From Camelus dromedarius (lineage: Eukaryota): a stretch of 64,000 bases of DNA. The notes under the pieces were generated by a model that was given only the letters and a program-made list of their open reading frames with translations, did not search any database and was not told where the DNA came from. The stretch covers positions 11,470,001 to 11,534,000 of the forward strand of contig NC_087436.1 of the NCBI RefSeq assembly GCF_036321535.1, read 5' to 3'. Shown here in pieces: positions 1-12,700 of the stretch (within the stretch, counting starts at the first letter, position 1; every line of letters starts with the position of its first letter). The position numbers were made by a program, and so were the translations under genes.

Positions 1-1165
1 TTATCTGACATACATCTCAAAAATTTTCTCCTAGAAGAAATAAAAGCAAGAATAAACAAATGGGACCTAATGAAACTTACAAGCTTCTGCACAGCAAAGA
101 AACCAGAAGTAAAACAAGAAGAAAACCTACGGAATGGGAGAAAATTTTTGCAAGTGAAACCGACAAAGGCTTGATCTCCAGAATATATAAGCAGCTCATA
201 CGACTCAATAAGAAAAAAATAAACAACCCAATCCAAAAATGGGCAGAAGACCTAAACAAGCAATTCTCCAAGGAAGACATACAAATGATCAAAAAGCACA
301 TGAAAAAATGCTCAATATCACTAATTATCAGAGAAATGCAAATCAAAACTACAATGAGGTATCACCTCACACCAGTCTGAATGGCCGTCATTCAAAAATC
401 CATAAATGACAAATGCTGGAGAGGCTGTGGAGAAAGGGGAACCCTCCTACACTGCTGGTGGGAATGCAGTTTGGTGCAGCCACTATGGAAAACAGTGTGG
501 AGATTCCTCAAAAGACTAGGAATAGACTTACCATATGACCCAGGAATCCCGCTCCTGGGCTTGTATCCAGAAGGAAATCTACTTCAGGATGACACCTGCA
601 CCCCAATGTTCATAGCAGCACTATTTACAATAGCCAAAACATGGAAACAGCCTAAATTTCCATCAACAGGTGACTGGATAAAGAAGACGTGGTATATTTA
701 TACAATGGAATACTACTCAGCCATAAAAACCGACAACATAATGCCATTTGCAGCAACATGGATGCTCCTGGAGAATGTCATTCTAAGTGAAGTAAGCCAG
801 AAAGAGAAAGAAAAATACCATATGAGATCGCTCATATGTGGAATCTAAAAAACAAAAACAAACAAAAACAAAGCGTAAACACAGGACAGAAATAGACTCA
901 CAGACAGAGAATACAGACTTGTGGTTACCGGGGGGTGGAGGGTGGGAAGGGATAGCCTGGGATTTCAAAATTGTAGAATAGATAAACAAGATTACACTGT
1001 ATAGCATAGGGAAATATACACAAAATGTTATGATAACTCACAGAGAAAAAAATGTGACAATGAGTGTGTATATGTCCATGAATGACTGAAAAATTGTGCT
1101 GAACACTGGAATTTGACACATTGTAAAATGATTATAAATCAATAAAAAATGTTAAAAAAAATAAA
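1..1165 (+). mobile_element. LINE-1 3' portion (ORF2 C-terminus, 3'UTR, A-rich tail), young camelid-type family; runs off the window start
   Basis: Disrupted ORF2 C-terminal motifs ([36 protein letters not shown]), G-rich 3'UTR, AATAAA and A tail. Confidence 0.95.
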
Positions 1166-3024
1166 GGAAGACTGCCTGTTAAGAAAAAAAAATATCCTAG
1201 GAGAATAATAAGAAAAAGACTTACACAAGAACATCACACAAAGATTTATAAAAAGACCAAAGGGTATGGGGGAAAAAAAAAAGCTCACCTGCATTAGTAT
1301 TCATTCAATAAGTCATGATCCTATTGTCATTTGAAGTAAACCCCCAAATTAAAAATACAGAAACATATCATGGATAGATACACATACACCCTTGATAAAG
1401 TGACTGTACCTGCCCTGTTTCAGGGCCATGTCACTCTGCTGCCCGCTTTCCCACGCTGCACAGCCTGATCCTCCTGAAACTAAAACCCACTGCCACTTCC
1501 TTGCCTGGAACCCTTCAGCGAACCCCATCCAAGCACAGACCCCTTGGGCACAGGGAGCGTCAAGGGCCCCCCAGAATCTGCCACCAGCCGCCCCTCCCAT
1601 GTCCTGCCCACATCGGGCTCAAGCTGCAGACAGTGCTGACATCATCTGTAGCTGCTCGTCCTTTTTCTTTACTCATGCATTTGCCTGGAATTCCTAAAGC
1701 CCGTCCCCCCAGGGAGCTCTCTGACCCGGATCCCTGTGGTACCCTGGGCTAACTGCCATCATTTCATTTACCACCGATCCTGGAAACCTTAGTCCTCTCC
1801 TTAGAACGTCAGCTACAAACTAGGTCTGTCTTAGTAACTTTTGTACCCATGGTGCTGGCACAGCACCTGCCTGGTGCATAGAACGCTTAACATGTAAACA
1901 GTTCTGCTCATTCTTTTTTGCTAGTTCTCATAATTCCATTTCCTTTTATTGTTTGAAATGTTCATTATTGGGGTTGGAAAGCGCAGTGGTGATTATACAG
2001 ACGTCACATCAGGCAGAACCTGGGTATTCTAACTTTTAAACCGTACCTTTCTCCGTAAACCAAAATTCATCTCATAAACCTTAGAAACTGACTATAAGAT
2101 CCAAATTTAATTTAAAAATAAACGAGAATTCCTCGTCTACTACGGGGTTTTCCTTTTAAGGAAAACAGCTAAAGGAAAAAGCTCTTCCAGAACACAGACA
2201 GATTTCCACAGAAGGCAATGGCTTTGAGATATGCTTACTAAAAAGGAAAGAAAGAAGAGAAGGAGGAAAAGTCTGGAAACTTGAATACAATCTGAACTTG
2301 AAAAACACAATTTTGGCTTTAGTTTGTGAACACTGTCATTCTGGGGACTCGACGGTGTTGGTTACAGATGACACACAATCACCTTGCCCTCAGCAGAAAA
2401 CCTGCAGAATGTTTCCCAGTGGCTGTATCTGAAGGAGACAGACGTCTGCCCTTCAAAAGTATGGTATGGCCCAGTGAATACACCCCTTGCCAAATATATG
2501 TATAGCTCAAGGATTTTTAAATCAAATATTGATTATTCAGCTAAATACAAGAAAAAAAAATAGCAGCATACATAATCACAAACATCCCCTCCCTCGCGCT
2601 ACGCTTTCAGCCTGAAGTCTCTCTGAGGCAGCATGTGAAGGTTCCAATAGCAAACTGATAAAGTAAAGGGACACGCTAGGAAAACTGCAGGAAAAATGTC
2701 ATCTACTCATAAAAACGCTTCATTTTATCTGGAGAATTAGATATGTTTAATATCCACGTATAAGATGATATGATACTTTCTCCCCATCATAATTTTTATT
2801 AAGTATAATCTAAGACTGAAAAATGTGTTCTTTTTTTTCTTTCAGACAAACTTGCAGCCACAGACATCTTTCCTGTCACTGAACGTACCGATCTGATGAC
2901 AGTCAATACTGAAACACATGGCAGCCTCTCCAAGAAGGGCCAAAATAAAGAGAGAGCCTGCAGTCTTCTCTAAGCAGTTCAGCTGCACTGGCCGGTCTAA
3001 CACTGGTCCAAGTCATCTTCAGAC

Positions 3025-3030
3025 TTTATT
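3025..3030 (-). terminator. Candidate TMEM192 polyadenylation signal (AATAAA); alternatives at 2795..2800 and 1945..1950
   Basis: First minus-strand AATAAA I found downstream of the stop codon; which site is used cannot be told from sequence. Confidence 0.4.
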
Positions 3031-3596
3031 TCTGGAGAATGGAAACCTGTAGGAGCTGCAAAGTAGATGCCTCAGTGAGACCTTGGTCCTACAGTGAAGA
3101 AATTCTCTAGAAAAGGTACAAGGGCCGAGGCATCCAACACCACACAAGCATATGAAATGCATGAGGCTCCACGGGAAAAAAACACTAACCATGAGGAACA
3201 ATGGCTTCTTTGACCAGTTTAAAAGCGGGGAAAACTTCTTTGCTCAAAGCCCAGTTTTAAACAGGTTGTCCTGTCAGACTTATTCCATAAAATGCCAAAT
3301 TATTACAGGGTTGCAATGAGTTTGCAAGAAGGGTTAGTCAAGGAGAACTTTAAACTATACCTATGCCTCGGATAAACCAGGCAGTTAAATAATTCCAAAA
3401 TGTGCAAAACAGACATTCCCCTTGAGTTACCGCGGCTCTCCAAAGTGCCTTTCACATGACGCTCAAGTCCTACTTATTACAGCCACACAAGTGAGAACCC
3501 AATTTAGGTTTCCAACAAAAGCTGTAAAACGTCACTTGGCAAAGCTGCAGTTCCCTAAGACGGCTTGTCAGGGGGTGGGTCCGTCTGAAACCGCTG

Positions 3597-3735
3597 TCAA
3601 AGCCCATGTGGCTGAGAGCCAGGGTCGGAGGACGTGAAAGCCAAGAGCCGTTGGCTGAGCAGTGCGTTGTGGCGCTTCAGGTACATGATGATGTCCCCCT
3701 GCTTCTCCACGATCTCCTCCAGGCTCGAGAGAGTC
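3597..3735 (-). CDS. TMEM192: TMEM192 exon 6 coding part (139 nt including TGA)
   Basis: tttgcag/G ACT...[51 protein letters not shown]. Confidence 0.96.
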
Positions 3736-6700
3736 CTGCAAAGAGCCCAGATGGAGTGGGTTACACATACCATCTCTCTGCAAACAGTCCCCCCCTAGTG
3801 TTCAGTACAGCACCCGGCATTTGTTACCCTTCCGTACATGGTAAAAGCTGAAGCAGTAGCCCCCAGTGAGACTCTTCCATTAGACTTGGTCACATACAGT
3901 TCTAAACATATTCCAATACACACCGAGCCCTCAACGCCAAGCATTAGGATGGTCTCGGGTTTCCAGAAGGAAAAAAAAAACAAAAAACTTTAAATTCGCT
4001 TTCTCTAGTCTTTTACTCTGCACTTACCTGAATCCTGTCTCCGAGGTAATATTGCTGGGGTAAACACAGATTTTTTCTTCTTCAAGTACATCAGGCTGTG
4101 GCTTGGCTTTATTAAATTTCCGAATTTTCACTAAAATAATAAAGATATTATTGTCAGAATACCTAATCATGAAAAATGTTCTTTTTCCATTTATTCAAAG
4201 TACATTAGTAACTGGCTATTTTTTTCAAATAACATGCCCAAAAATTGCTTCATAAAGTGAATTAAAAAGTAGGGAAAACCTGCTTAAAGGGATTGGAAAT
4301 GTCGATGCAGAGAGGCAGGAAAAGAGGCAGGAAGGAGCCACCAGGGTCTGTTGCTGGGAGATGGAGACACGGGGAGGAGCTGGTGAACTGGGCAAACTGG
4401 GAACCACGGATGAACATGAGGCCCTAACTCAATGACTGTCCTTGCAGACAGGACCTTTAGAGAAGTAATCAAAGTTAAACAGAGCAATTGGCAGGAGTGG
4501 GTGGGGAGGCCGATCCGATAGATGAAGAGACACCAGGAATGAACCTGCACAGAGCAAAGGCCACGTGAGGACACAGCAAGAACACGGCGCCCACTTGCCA
4601 AGCCAGAGGCCTCGGGAGAAAGCAGCCCTGAGGCCCCTTGATCTCAGGCTCCAGCTTCCAGAACGGAGGGAAAATCAGTGTTGTAGACACCCAGGCTGGG
4701 TATTTGCCATGCAGCCCCAGCAGGCCAAGGCAAATAGGTAGACGCCAGCTGCAAAGAGGTAAATATGCAGAAACCACGAAGGCTGCAATTTCCCACCTCG
4801 CAGATCTGACGACAGTCAGAGCCGGATGACCTGCATGTCCGAGTAACAGCCACTGCCTGGGCTCTCCCCGACCTGCACCACAAGCCCGGGACACAGCCAG
4901 CAGAGATGACAAACAAAGGCTGAGCCAGGTCCCAGTGAAGGCAGTGACTGCCCCCCTCCCCTAGGCAGGATTGAGAATTCCAGGTCTGTGCAGCTCCAAG
5001 TGGGTCGAGTATTCGGCATGCGGGTGGGGGTGGGGGGCAGGTTAGACGCCCTCCCCGCATTATTTTTCAAAACTCCACATATGATTCTTTCCTTTCTTGT
5101 AACCACCTTTGAGATATAACTCAGGTATGATACAATTGCCATGGCATTCATTTAAAGAGTACATTTCAATGATACCTTCTAAGAGTTGTGCGCCCATCCC
5201 CACAATCAACTGTAAATCATTTCGTCCCCCCAGAAAGAAGCCCGGTACCCGGGAGCAGTCATTCTCCACGTACCCCGCCCCCAGGACCAGGCAAGCACTA
5301 ATCTACCCTCTTTATAGATGTGCGTGTTCTAGGTATTTTATACACATGGGATCATACAATATTCATGACTGGCTTTTTAAATCTGAGCACAGTGTTTTCA
5401 AGGTTCATCCACATTGCACGTGTCAGTACATCTGTCCTTCTATTCCTCCCTTTTCTCGGCTGAATCCTACCCACTGCATGGACAGGACAGGTCTGGTCAT
5501 CAAGTTTATCCTTGCACCACTCAGGTTGTCTCCACTTCTGGCTCCTATAGATGGCGCCGTTTGGAACCTTTGTGCGGATGTAGACAGACATGTACCCAGA
5601 AGTGCGGCTGCTGAGCCACATGTTCAGCCTGTCGTGGAACTGCCAGGCCCCACAGATGACTCTGAAGTGACTCAGCTGAGGAGGAGGCTGAGGAAGCTCA
5701 AGCAGAGGTTGAAGAGAAATGTGAGGTTTAGAGATACACAGGGGTTTCATCAGAAAGGACTAGGAGGAAGGAGGCCGTAAGATGCGGGAAAATCGAAGTG
5801 AGGGGATGTAACGAGAAGCCCTTGACTTTTAGGTGGTGGCCAAGAGAGCTGGAAATGAGAAGCCCCTCAGCGGGCATGTCCCGGGCTCCAGGCTCCCATG
5901 CGATGGGAGACGGGGACTGGGCTGCGGGCGCCACCACGCGGGCGGAGGGAGCTCAGCAAGAGAGAAGATGGGGCCACGAGCTGGGGCGCAGAGGCAGTGA
6001 GTGGGAAGCCAGGGAGCCAGGGTCCCAGGGCTTCAGTCCAGTAAATTTATAATTATTATAATAACTAAAATCTACTACTCATCCATAAAAAATAATAAAA
6101 TAATGCCATTTGCAGCAACATGGATGGACCTGGAGAATGTGAAAGTGAAGCCGGAAAGAGAAAGAAAAATACCACATGGTATCACTTATATGTGGAATCT
6201 AAAAAAAAAGAAAAGAAAGAAAAGACAAACAAACTTATTTACAAAACAGAAACAGACTCACAGACATAGAAAACAAACTTATGGTTGGGGGGGGTAGAGG
6301 GTGGGAAGGGATAAATTGGGAGTTCCAGATTTGCAGATGCTAACTACTACATATAAAACAGATAAACAACAATTGTATACTGTATAGCACAGGGAACTAC
6401 TTTCAATACTTTGTAGTAACTTATAGTTACAAAGAATATGAAAATGAATATATGTGTGTTCCTATATGACTGAAGTATTGTGCTGTAACCAGAAATTGAC
6501 ACATTGTAAACTGACTATATGTCAATAAAATAAAAACTAAAACCTTCCCTATGTAAATCATCTTCTGTTTATTTTATAAACCTGAATTACCAATTATCAG
6601 GTTTTCTGAAAGTAGGAAGCATGTCAATATGAGATTTAAAGAGGTTTTTTTTTTTTTCATGTTCCCACCTATTTGTCTGGGTAATTTTTGGCTCCAGAAG

Positions 6701-9700
6701 AACATATGCAGCCATATTCACAAGTTCTACTATTTTCAATGTTTACCTTTATAAAAAGACAATGTTTAATGCTGTACTTTATTCAGATAAAACATTTTTA
6801 ATTATTATGAATAAGGGTGAAATATTCTTCTAATAAGCCTTTGACTACAGACCAAAGCAATTCACTTTAATAAGGAAGACAATGGATTAAAACAGTTTGG
6901 GTGTCATGGAGCTAATAATATATTTGTGCCCAAATGTAAAAATTAGTTCCCCTCAGGAATCCTGGAACATCTGCTTCCTCTATTTCCTTTTAAATGGTCT
7001 CAGGTTTCTGTTCTTTTGTTTTTAACATTACTATCTTATTTGTGGTACAATTAATTTAATTTTATTTTGGGGGGAGGTAATTAGGTTTGTATTTATTTAT
7101 TTTTACTAATGGAGTTACTGGGGATTGAACACAGGTCCTCAAGCATAAGCACGTGCTCTATCCCTGAGCTATACCCTCCCCCCTGTATAATTAATTTTAA
7201 ATGTTACAGTAAATCCTCTAAATAAAAGAGTAAATTCTAGAGAGAAAAATCTTAGACTACATATTAACTGTATTAATTTCCCCTTATTTACATGAAGACA
7301 TTCACATGATCTTTGGAATAAAGTCGTCACCTCCTTCTGTGTCATAGAGCACATATACATATTGAAGAAAATTCTTTTTAAAAAGTACCCACCTGATACT
7401 TTACAGAGGGCTTTCATTCCTTGCAGTAAATAAATTTCTAGAGATACTATAAAATAACATGCTAGATAAACCCCACACTCAGCTCTAAACTGGAACCCCC
7501 ATTTACAACTCTTGACAGATATGTCACAGGCTGGAGCTGACCTCAGTCAACAAGATAACTTGGTGTTCATTCTGAAACATGGCTCACGTTACTGAAGTAT
7601 TGAGCTGTTTCCTATACACTAAGAAATTAACCTTACTTTAAAACTAAAGTGCACTGTGGGTGAGAATGTAAATTGGTACAGCCACCATGGAAAACAGTAT
7701 GGAGGTTCCTCAAAAAATTAAAAATACAACTACCACGTAATCCAGCAATTCTACTTCTGGATATTCATCTGAAGAAAATATAAACACTTAATTGGAAAAG
7801 ATATCTGCACTTCCATGTTCATTGTAGTTATTATTTACAATAACCAAGATATGGAGACAACCTAAGTGTTCACAGATAAACTAATGGATAAAGATGATGT
7901 TGTGTGTGTCTATGCGTGATCGTGCAGTGGAATATTATTCAACCATAAAAAAGAATGAAATCTTGCCATTTGCGACAACATGGATGGACCTTGAGAGCAT
8001 TATGCTAAGTAAAATAAGTCAGAGGAAGACAAAGACTGTATGATCTCACTTAGATGCGGCATCTAAAAACAAACAAACAAACCAAGCTCATAGACCATCT
8101 CACTTATGTGTGGACTTTAAAAACAAAAAAAGCTAAAGTTCATCCATACAGAGAACAGACTGGTGGTTACTGGAGGTAGGGGGGTGGGACTGGGCAACAT
8201 AGGTGAAGAGAGTCAAAAGGTACAAACTTCTTTTTATAACATAAGTTAGTCCCATGGATGTGATGTTCAGCATGGTGGCTATGGTTAATAAAACTATATT
8301 GTATATTTGAAAGTTGTAAAGAGAGTACATCTTAAAAAGCTCTCATCACAAGAAAAATAATTCTGTGATTATGGTGACAACATTAACTAGACTTATTGCG
8401 ATGGTCATTTCACAATATAAACACATTATCAAATCATGCTGTACACCTGAAACAGAATGTTGCATGTCAATTATACCTCAATAAAAAAAAAGGCGTGACA
8501 TTACTGATTTAAAAACTAGTCACTCCATTCATATTCTAAATACTTTAGGCCTCAAAAGAAGCACAAAAAAATTAGTAAAATGAAACACAATTTTGGCACA
8601 TGTCACTTTCCCTTCATAAGGGAAATGATCTTTCAAAATGGACAGATAAAGTACTTTATTGTCACAAAGCAACTATTGCTCAATGCCACCAAATCAGGTG
8701 CTATTAAAGATTTTAGTGCATGTCAATATTGCAGCAGGAATGAAATCTTGATTTCTTCTGGGCCTGGATTTTTTTCTTTTAAAGTATCCTTCTATTTATT
8801 TTTCATGTTAACATATTTGAAGCTTACTTAATTTTACCACAGAGAGTTTGGAGAGAGGCACAAACACCAATCTTCAGACAGCTCTAAATTTAGAAAGAAG
8901 GAGCTTCTTAAATGGTTTATCCAAAGCAAGTTTGGGCTAAATGCAGTTTGCATGTATTATTTTTTTGTTTTACATTTTGTTATTTTTAAATTTTAAAGCC
9001 AGACTTATGTCTCAGTTGCCTTTTGAGGATGCAAAAGTTTGTGAATCTTTTTTTTTCATTTTCTTTTTTTATGAAAAGCTTTTGTCATTCTCATTGACAA
9101 AAATTTGTCGATGACACAGATTTGGAACTGTGACTCGATGGTAAGTTCCTGGTGGTTTGAAATTAGGGGAGTCTGGATGTGCTCAGCAAGGAGAGAGATG
9201 AGTGCTCAGTAGGGTCTGGGTCAGGTAGTAAGTTCTTCCAGCCAGAAAGGTGATGGCGGGGCTTCAAGTGGGGCTGCGACCAGCAGTAAAGGCCTTTCTG
9301 GATCAGAACAGGCTCCGTGCGATTCTCACCTGTGTACACAAGCAGACACACCAGGGAACAGAGCAGCTCCAGGGCCAGGATGGCCAGCATGAGGTCCAGG
9401 TAGAGCGTGCCCAGCTCAGGGAAGGAGTGCTGCAGGCAGAGGACGAGGAGGAGCGCCGTGTTGCCTGCGGGAGGAAAGCCAGTCGGTGCGGGTGCGGGTG
9501 CTGGTGCGGGTGTGGGTGTCAGTGTCCTGGGAGCCCACGCCACAAGCACCCACCCCGTCACACCCGCGACGAAGGGAGGGAGGCGATGGAAACCGGCATG
9601 GCCAAGAACAAATGATGCCCCCTAACACGAACACATAAGAATCTGGACTTTCTTAAAAACCAAGGAGTGACCTCCAAGGAGGACCCAGTGGTCCCTTCTG

Positions 9701-12700
9701 GTCGGGCAGCGCATCAGGGATCCAGGAAAACACCCTGGATGCGCTGCTGGCCTTGGACAGATGCCCTGACACCTTCGCTCCTCCAATCCTTGCCTGAAAA
9801 GGAGAGTACAAGTACCTTCCTCACAGGACTGCTGTGAGGAGTAAGAGTTAATACGTGAAAAATACTTAGAGTGGTGCCTGGCCTGGAAGTACCCAATAAA
9901 TACGAGCCATTTCCCCCCTGCGCAGCATATCTGTTATTTTTGAAGACCATTTTAACCTCATTCTGCACTTTTACTCTAAAGACTGTCAAAGAAAAGGTCT
10001 TTGATCTTCTGGGTCCTTGTATGAGTGACGTAAAAGTGATGCCATCTGTGGTTAAACTAAGGGTCCAATTGTTTGGAAAGACTGTGATTAAGGGTCACAT
10101 GTGTAACAAGAATTTGAAAGTCAGAGGACAGGAAAAGATCAGACAATCTCTCGTTGGGCCTCAGAAATACTACTTCCAGACCATCACTGGAGAAACTGAA
10201 CATTATTTTGGTCAGTGTACAAATAGGTTTCCTATTTTCACTTTGTTGGGGGAGGAAAGGTTATAGTAACACCTTCTGGCCAAAAACAAGTACTGCATGT
10301 GAGCGGTGGCATGTCAGAAACCGCCCCTCTTCCTCTGGGAGGTGAAGGCCGCCCCCTGGGAGATGCGTCCATCCCTCTACAAGGCTTCTTCCTCTGCTGC
10401 TGGTCGGCCCTCCCGCTCCCACTGAGAAGCTCACTAAGTGGATGAACTCACGGTCTGCCCTTTAAGAAAATGCACTACCAGAACACAGGAAAAAACATTA
10501 AATTATGTAGCTCTGTTTTAATGGAGAAAAATTAATTTCTAATTTGGTTTTGGAATGTTCAACTGTTTATTCTAGACTCAAATTGACAAAGAGAGTTTTT
10601 TTAAAAGGTGAAAACGTTGACTATAAGGCAAAAATATCTGAAGAAGTTCAGTTTAATTCCATGAAGCCTTTACAATGTCTGCAGCAATAAAGAAAAGCGG
10701 GCACATGAGCATTCTGAGTTCTGGACAAACTTTCTGACCTTGCCTTCAGAAACTGTTTTTCAGGTTTTCCATTTTATAACATCTTATAATAGTTGCTCTC
10801 TTATTGCAAGAAAAACACTGAGTTTCATTTAAATTCCCTCTTACCCTACAAGTATACATAGCAATAGTTTTCTATCTCCTTGAGATGGAAAAGCCTGCTG
10901 GTACCAAGGGAGGGGAAAGCCCACATTTCACACAGGGATATGTGCACACCATGCTCACAATGAACACGAGCAGGAAACGCCAGCCCAAGATACGCCTCTT
11001 TGGCATTAGGATTATTTTAAGCTGATTGGTTTTAAGAAACATCAGACACAGATGAATCTCTGAAAACTGAAAAGGAGTCACCTTTTGTGAGAGAGATTTA
11101 CACTTATAAAGGAACTCTCCACTTATAAGGGTGTCTCCCTCTCTATACCAGGAAGAGGAGGGTGACTCTAAATCTCTAGACACTCTCATCAATGGAGAAG
11201 GCAAGGACTTAAATCTGCATAACACCCTTACTCTTGTTTACTGTGCTTTTCCTGAAAACTTCCCATAATTGCCCCTTCCCAACATCCTCCTTCTGTCTTT
11301 AGCTGAAAATGATATTTAAGGTAATGGCTTAGGCCATTTCAGGGAGTTACTCGGTTTTCCTGGGTCTCTTCTCTGTATAAAAGTATTCATGTTATTAAAC
11401 ATCTGCTGTTTTTCTCCTGTTAATCTGTCTTTTATTACAGTGGAATCTCAGCCAAGAACCTAGAAGGGTAGAGGGAATGCTATTTTTCCTCCCCTACAAT
11501 AACCAACACAGATTTCAAAGGAAAATATCAGAAAAGCTTCAAGACATTAAGGTGATCCAAATTTTAGAGGCCACCTCACTCGCACAAAAATGAGAGAAGA
11601 TATCTGATTATAAAATCAAACTTAACATTTTCTTTCTGCTGCTATTCTTGCTACTCAAGCAAGCCACAGGATAGCCGAGAGAGACTGGGAACGGGGAGGT
11701 GGGGAGCTTACCAGTTGAGTGTATCATCAGCGCAAGGCTTTTAAGATGCCTCGTCGACCGGTAGATCTTGTTATAGCCTCTGTTTCTTACTTTGCTGTGG
11801 TGATACTGGATGTATCGTTCAAGAAGGAAATGCAGAATCCACAAAATAACTTTTCCCAGGATTATGACCGTCTGAACTTTCAGTGGGTTGGTATAGTTTC
11901 CTGGGCACTTGTCCTCATTTGGATTGGGGTAAGAACAAAGCACGCCTGTTAAAAACGCTAAAACAACAAACACAACCTGGTGGAAAGGAAAGCAGTAGAA
12001 TTAATATTCAATATTTGGATTTAAGAAACAGTAATCACCATCCCAGCACATATTCTAACACCTATGACTTTCACTGTCTTATTTTTATGAGTTCAAAAAA
12101 AATTTTTTTTTGCCATTTTTACCAACTTTTAAAAAAGAAAATCTGGGGAAAACTTTTGCAGGAAATCCTGGAAACAGATAAAATCACAAATAAGAAATAA
12201 AAATCACCCCAAATCTCATCTAACAGAAATGAGTCTTAATGTTAAACAGTTTCCTGCCCACTTTTCTGTTATTAAAAAGAGTAAAAACAGTAAATTTTGC
12301 GCCTCAAATGTAACTAAGTAAAATCCTGAATTAAAAAAGTTTTTTTCTAGTTTCATTTTCAAGAGAAGAAGAATAACTATCCAATTAGATTGACAAAAAT
12401 TTAGTAGACTGGTGCCAAAATCTGTATGGACATTCTCGTATGTTGCTGACCGGTTTGGGAACTGCTCTTTCAGTTTCAAGATAACTTGGAAATGATCTTG
12501 ACCTAGAAATCCCCGAAGGACCCTAGCCCTCAGAAGTAAAAGTACCAGTACCTAGGATATATAGATATAAATACTCACTGCAGTATTCTCTATATTTGCA
12601 AAAATGGAAAACTGCCCAAGTATATGCGTGCACAGCCACTCATATAACAGAATATTATTCACCTATAAAAGAATTAACTACAGCTCTATGTATTAGTTTG

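Noticed and set aside
60..848. ORFs of 106 and 155 aa
   Set aside because: Disrupted LINE-1 ORF2 C-terminus, not host genes; the same applies to ORFs at 12.7-13.9, 26.3-27.2 and 55.3-55.8 kb
5109..5780. 223-aa ORF, the longest in the window
   Set aside because: Non-ATG start, lies antisense to a degenerate L1M fragment, no recognisable protein
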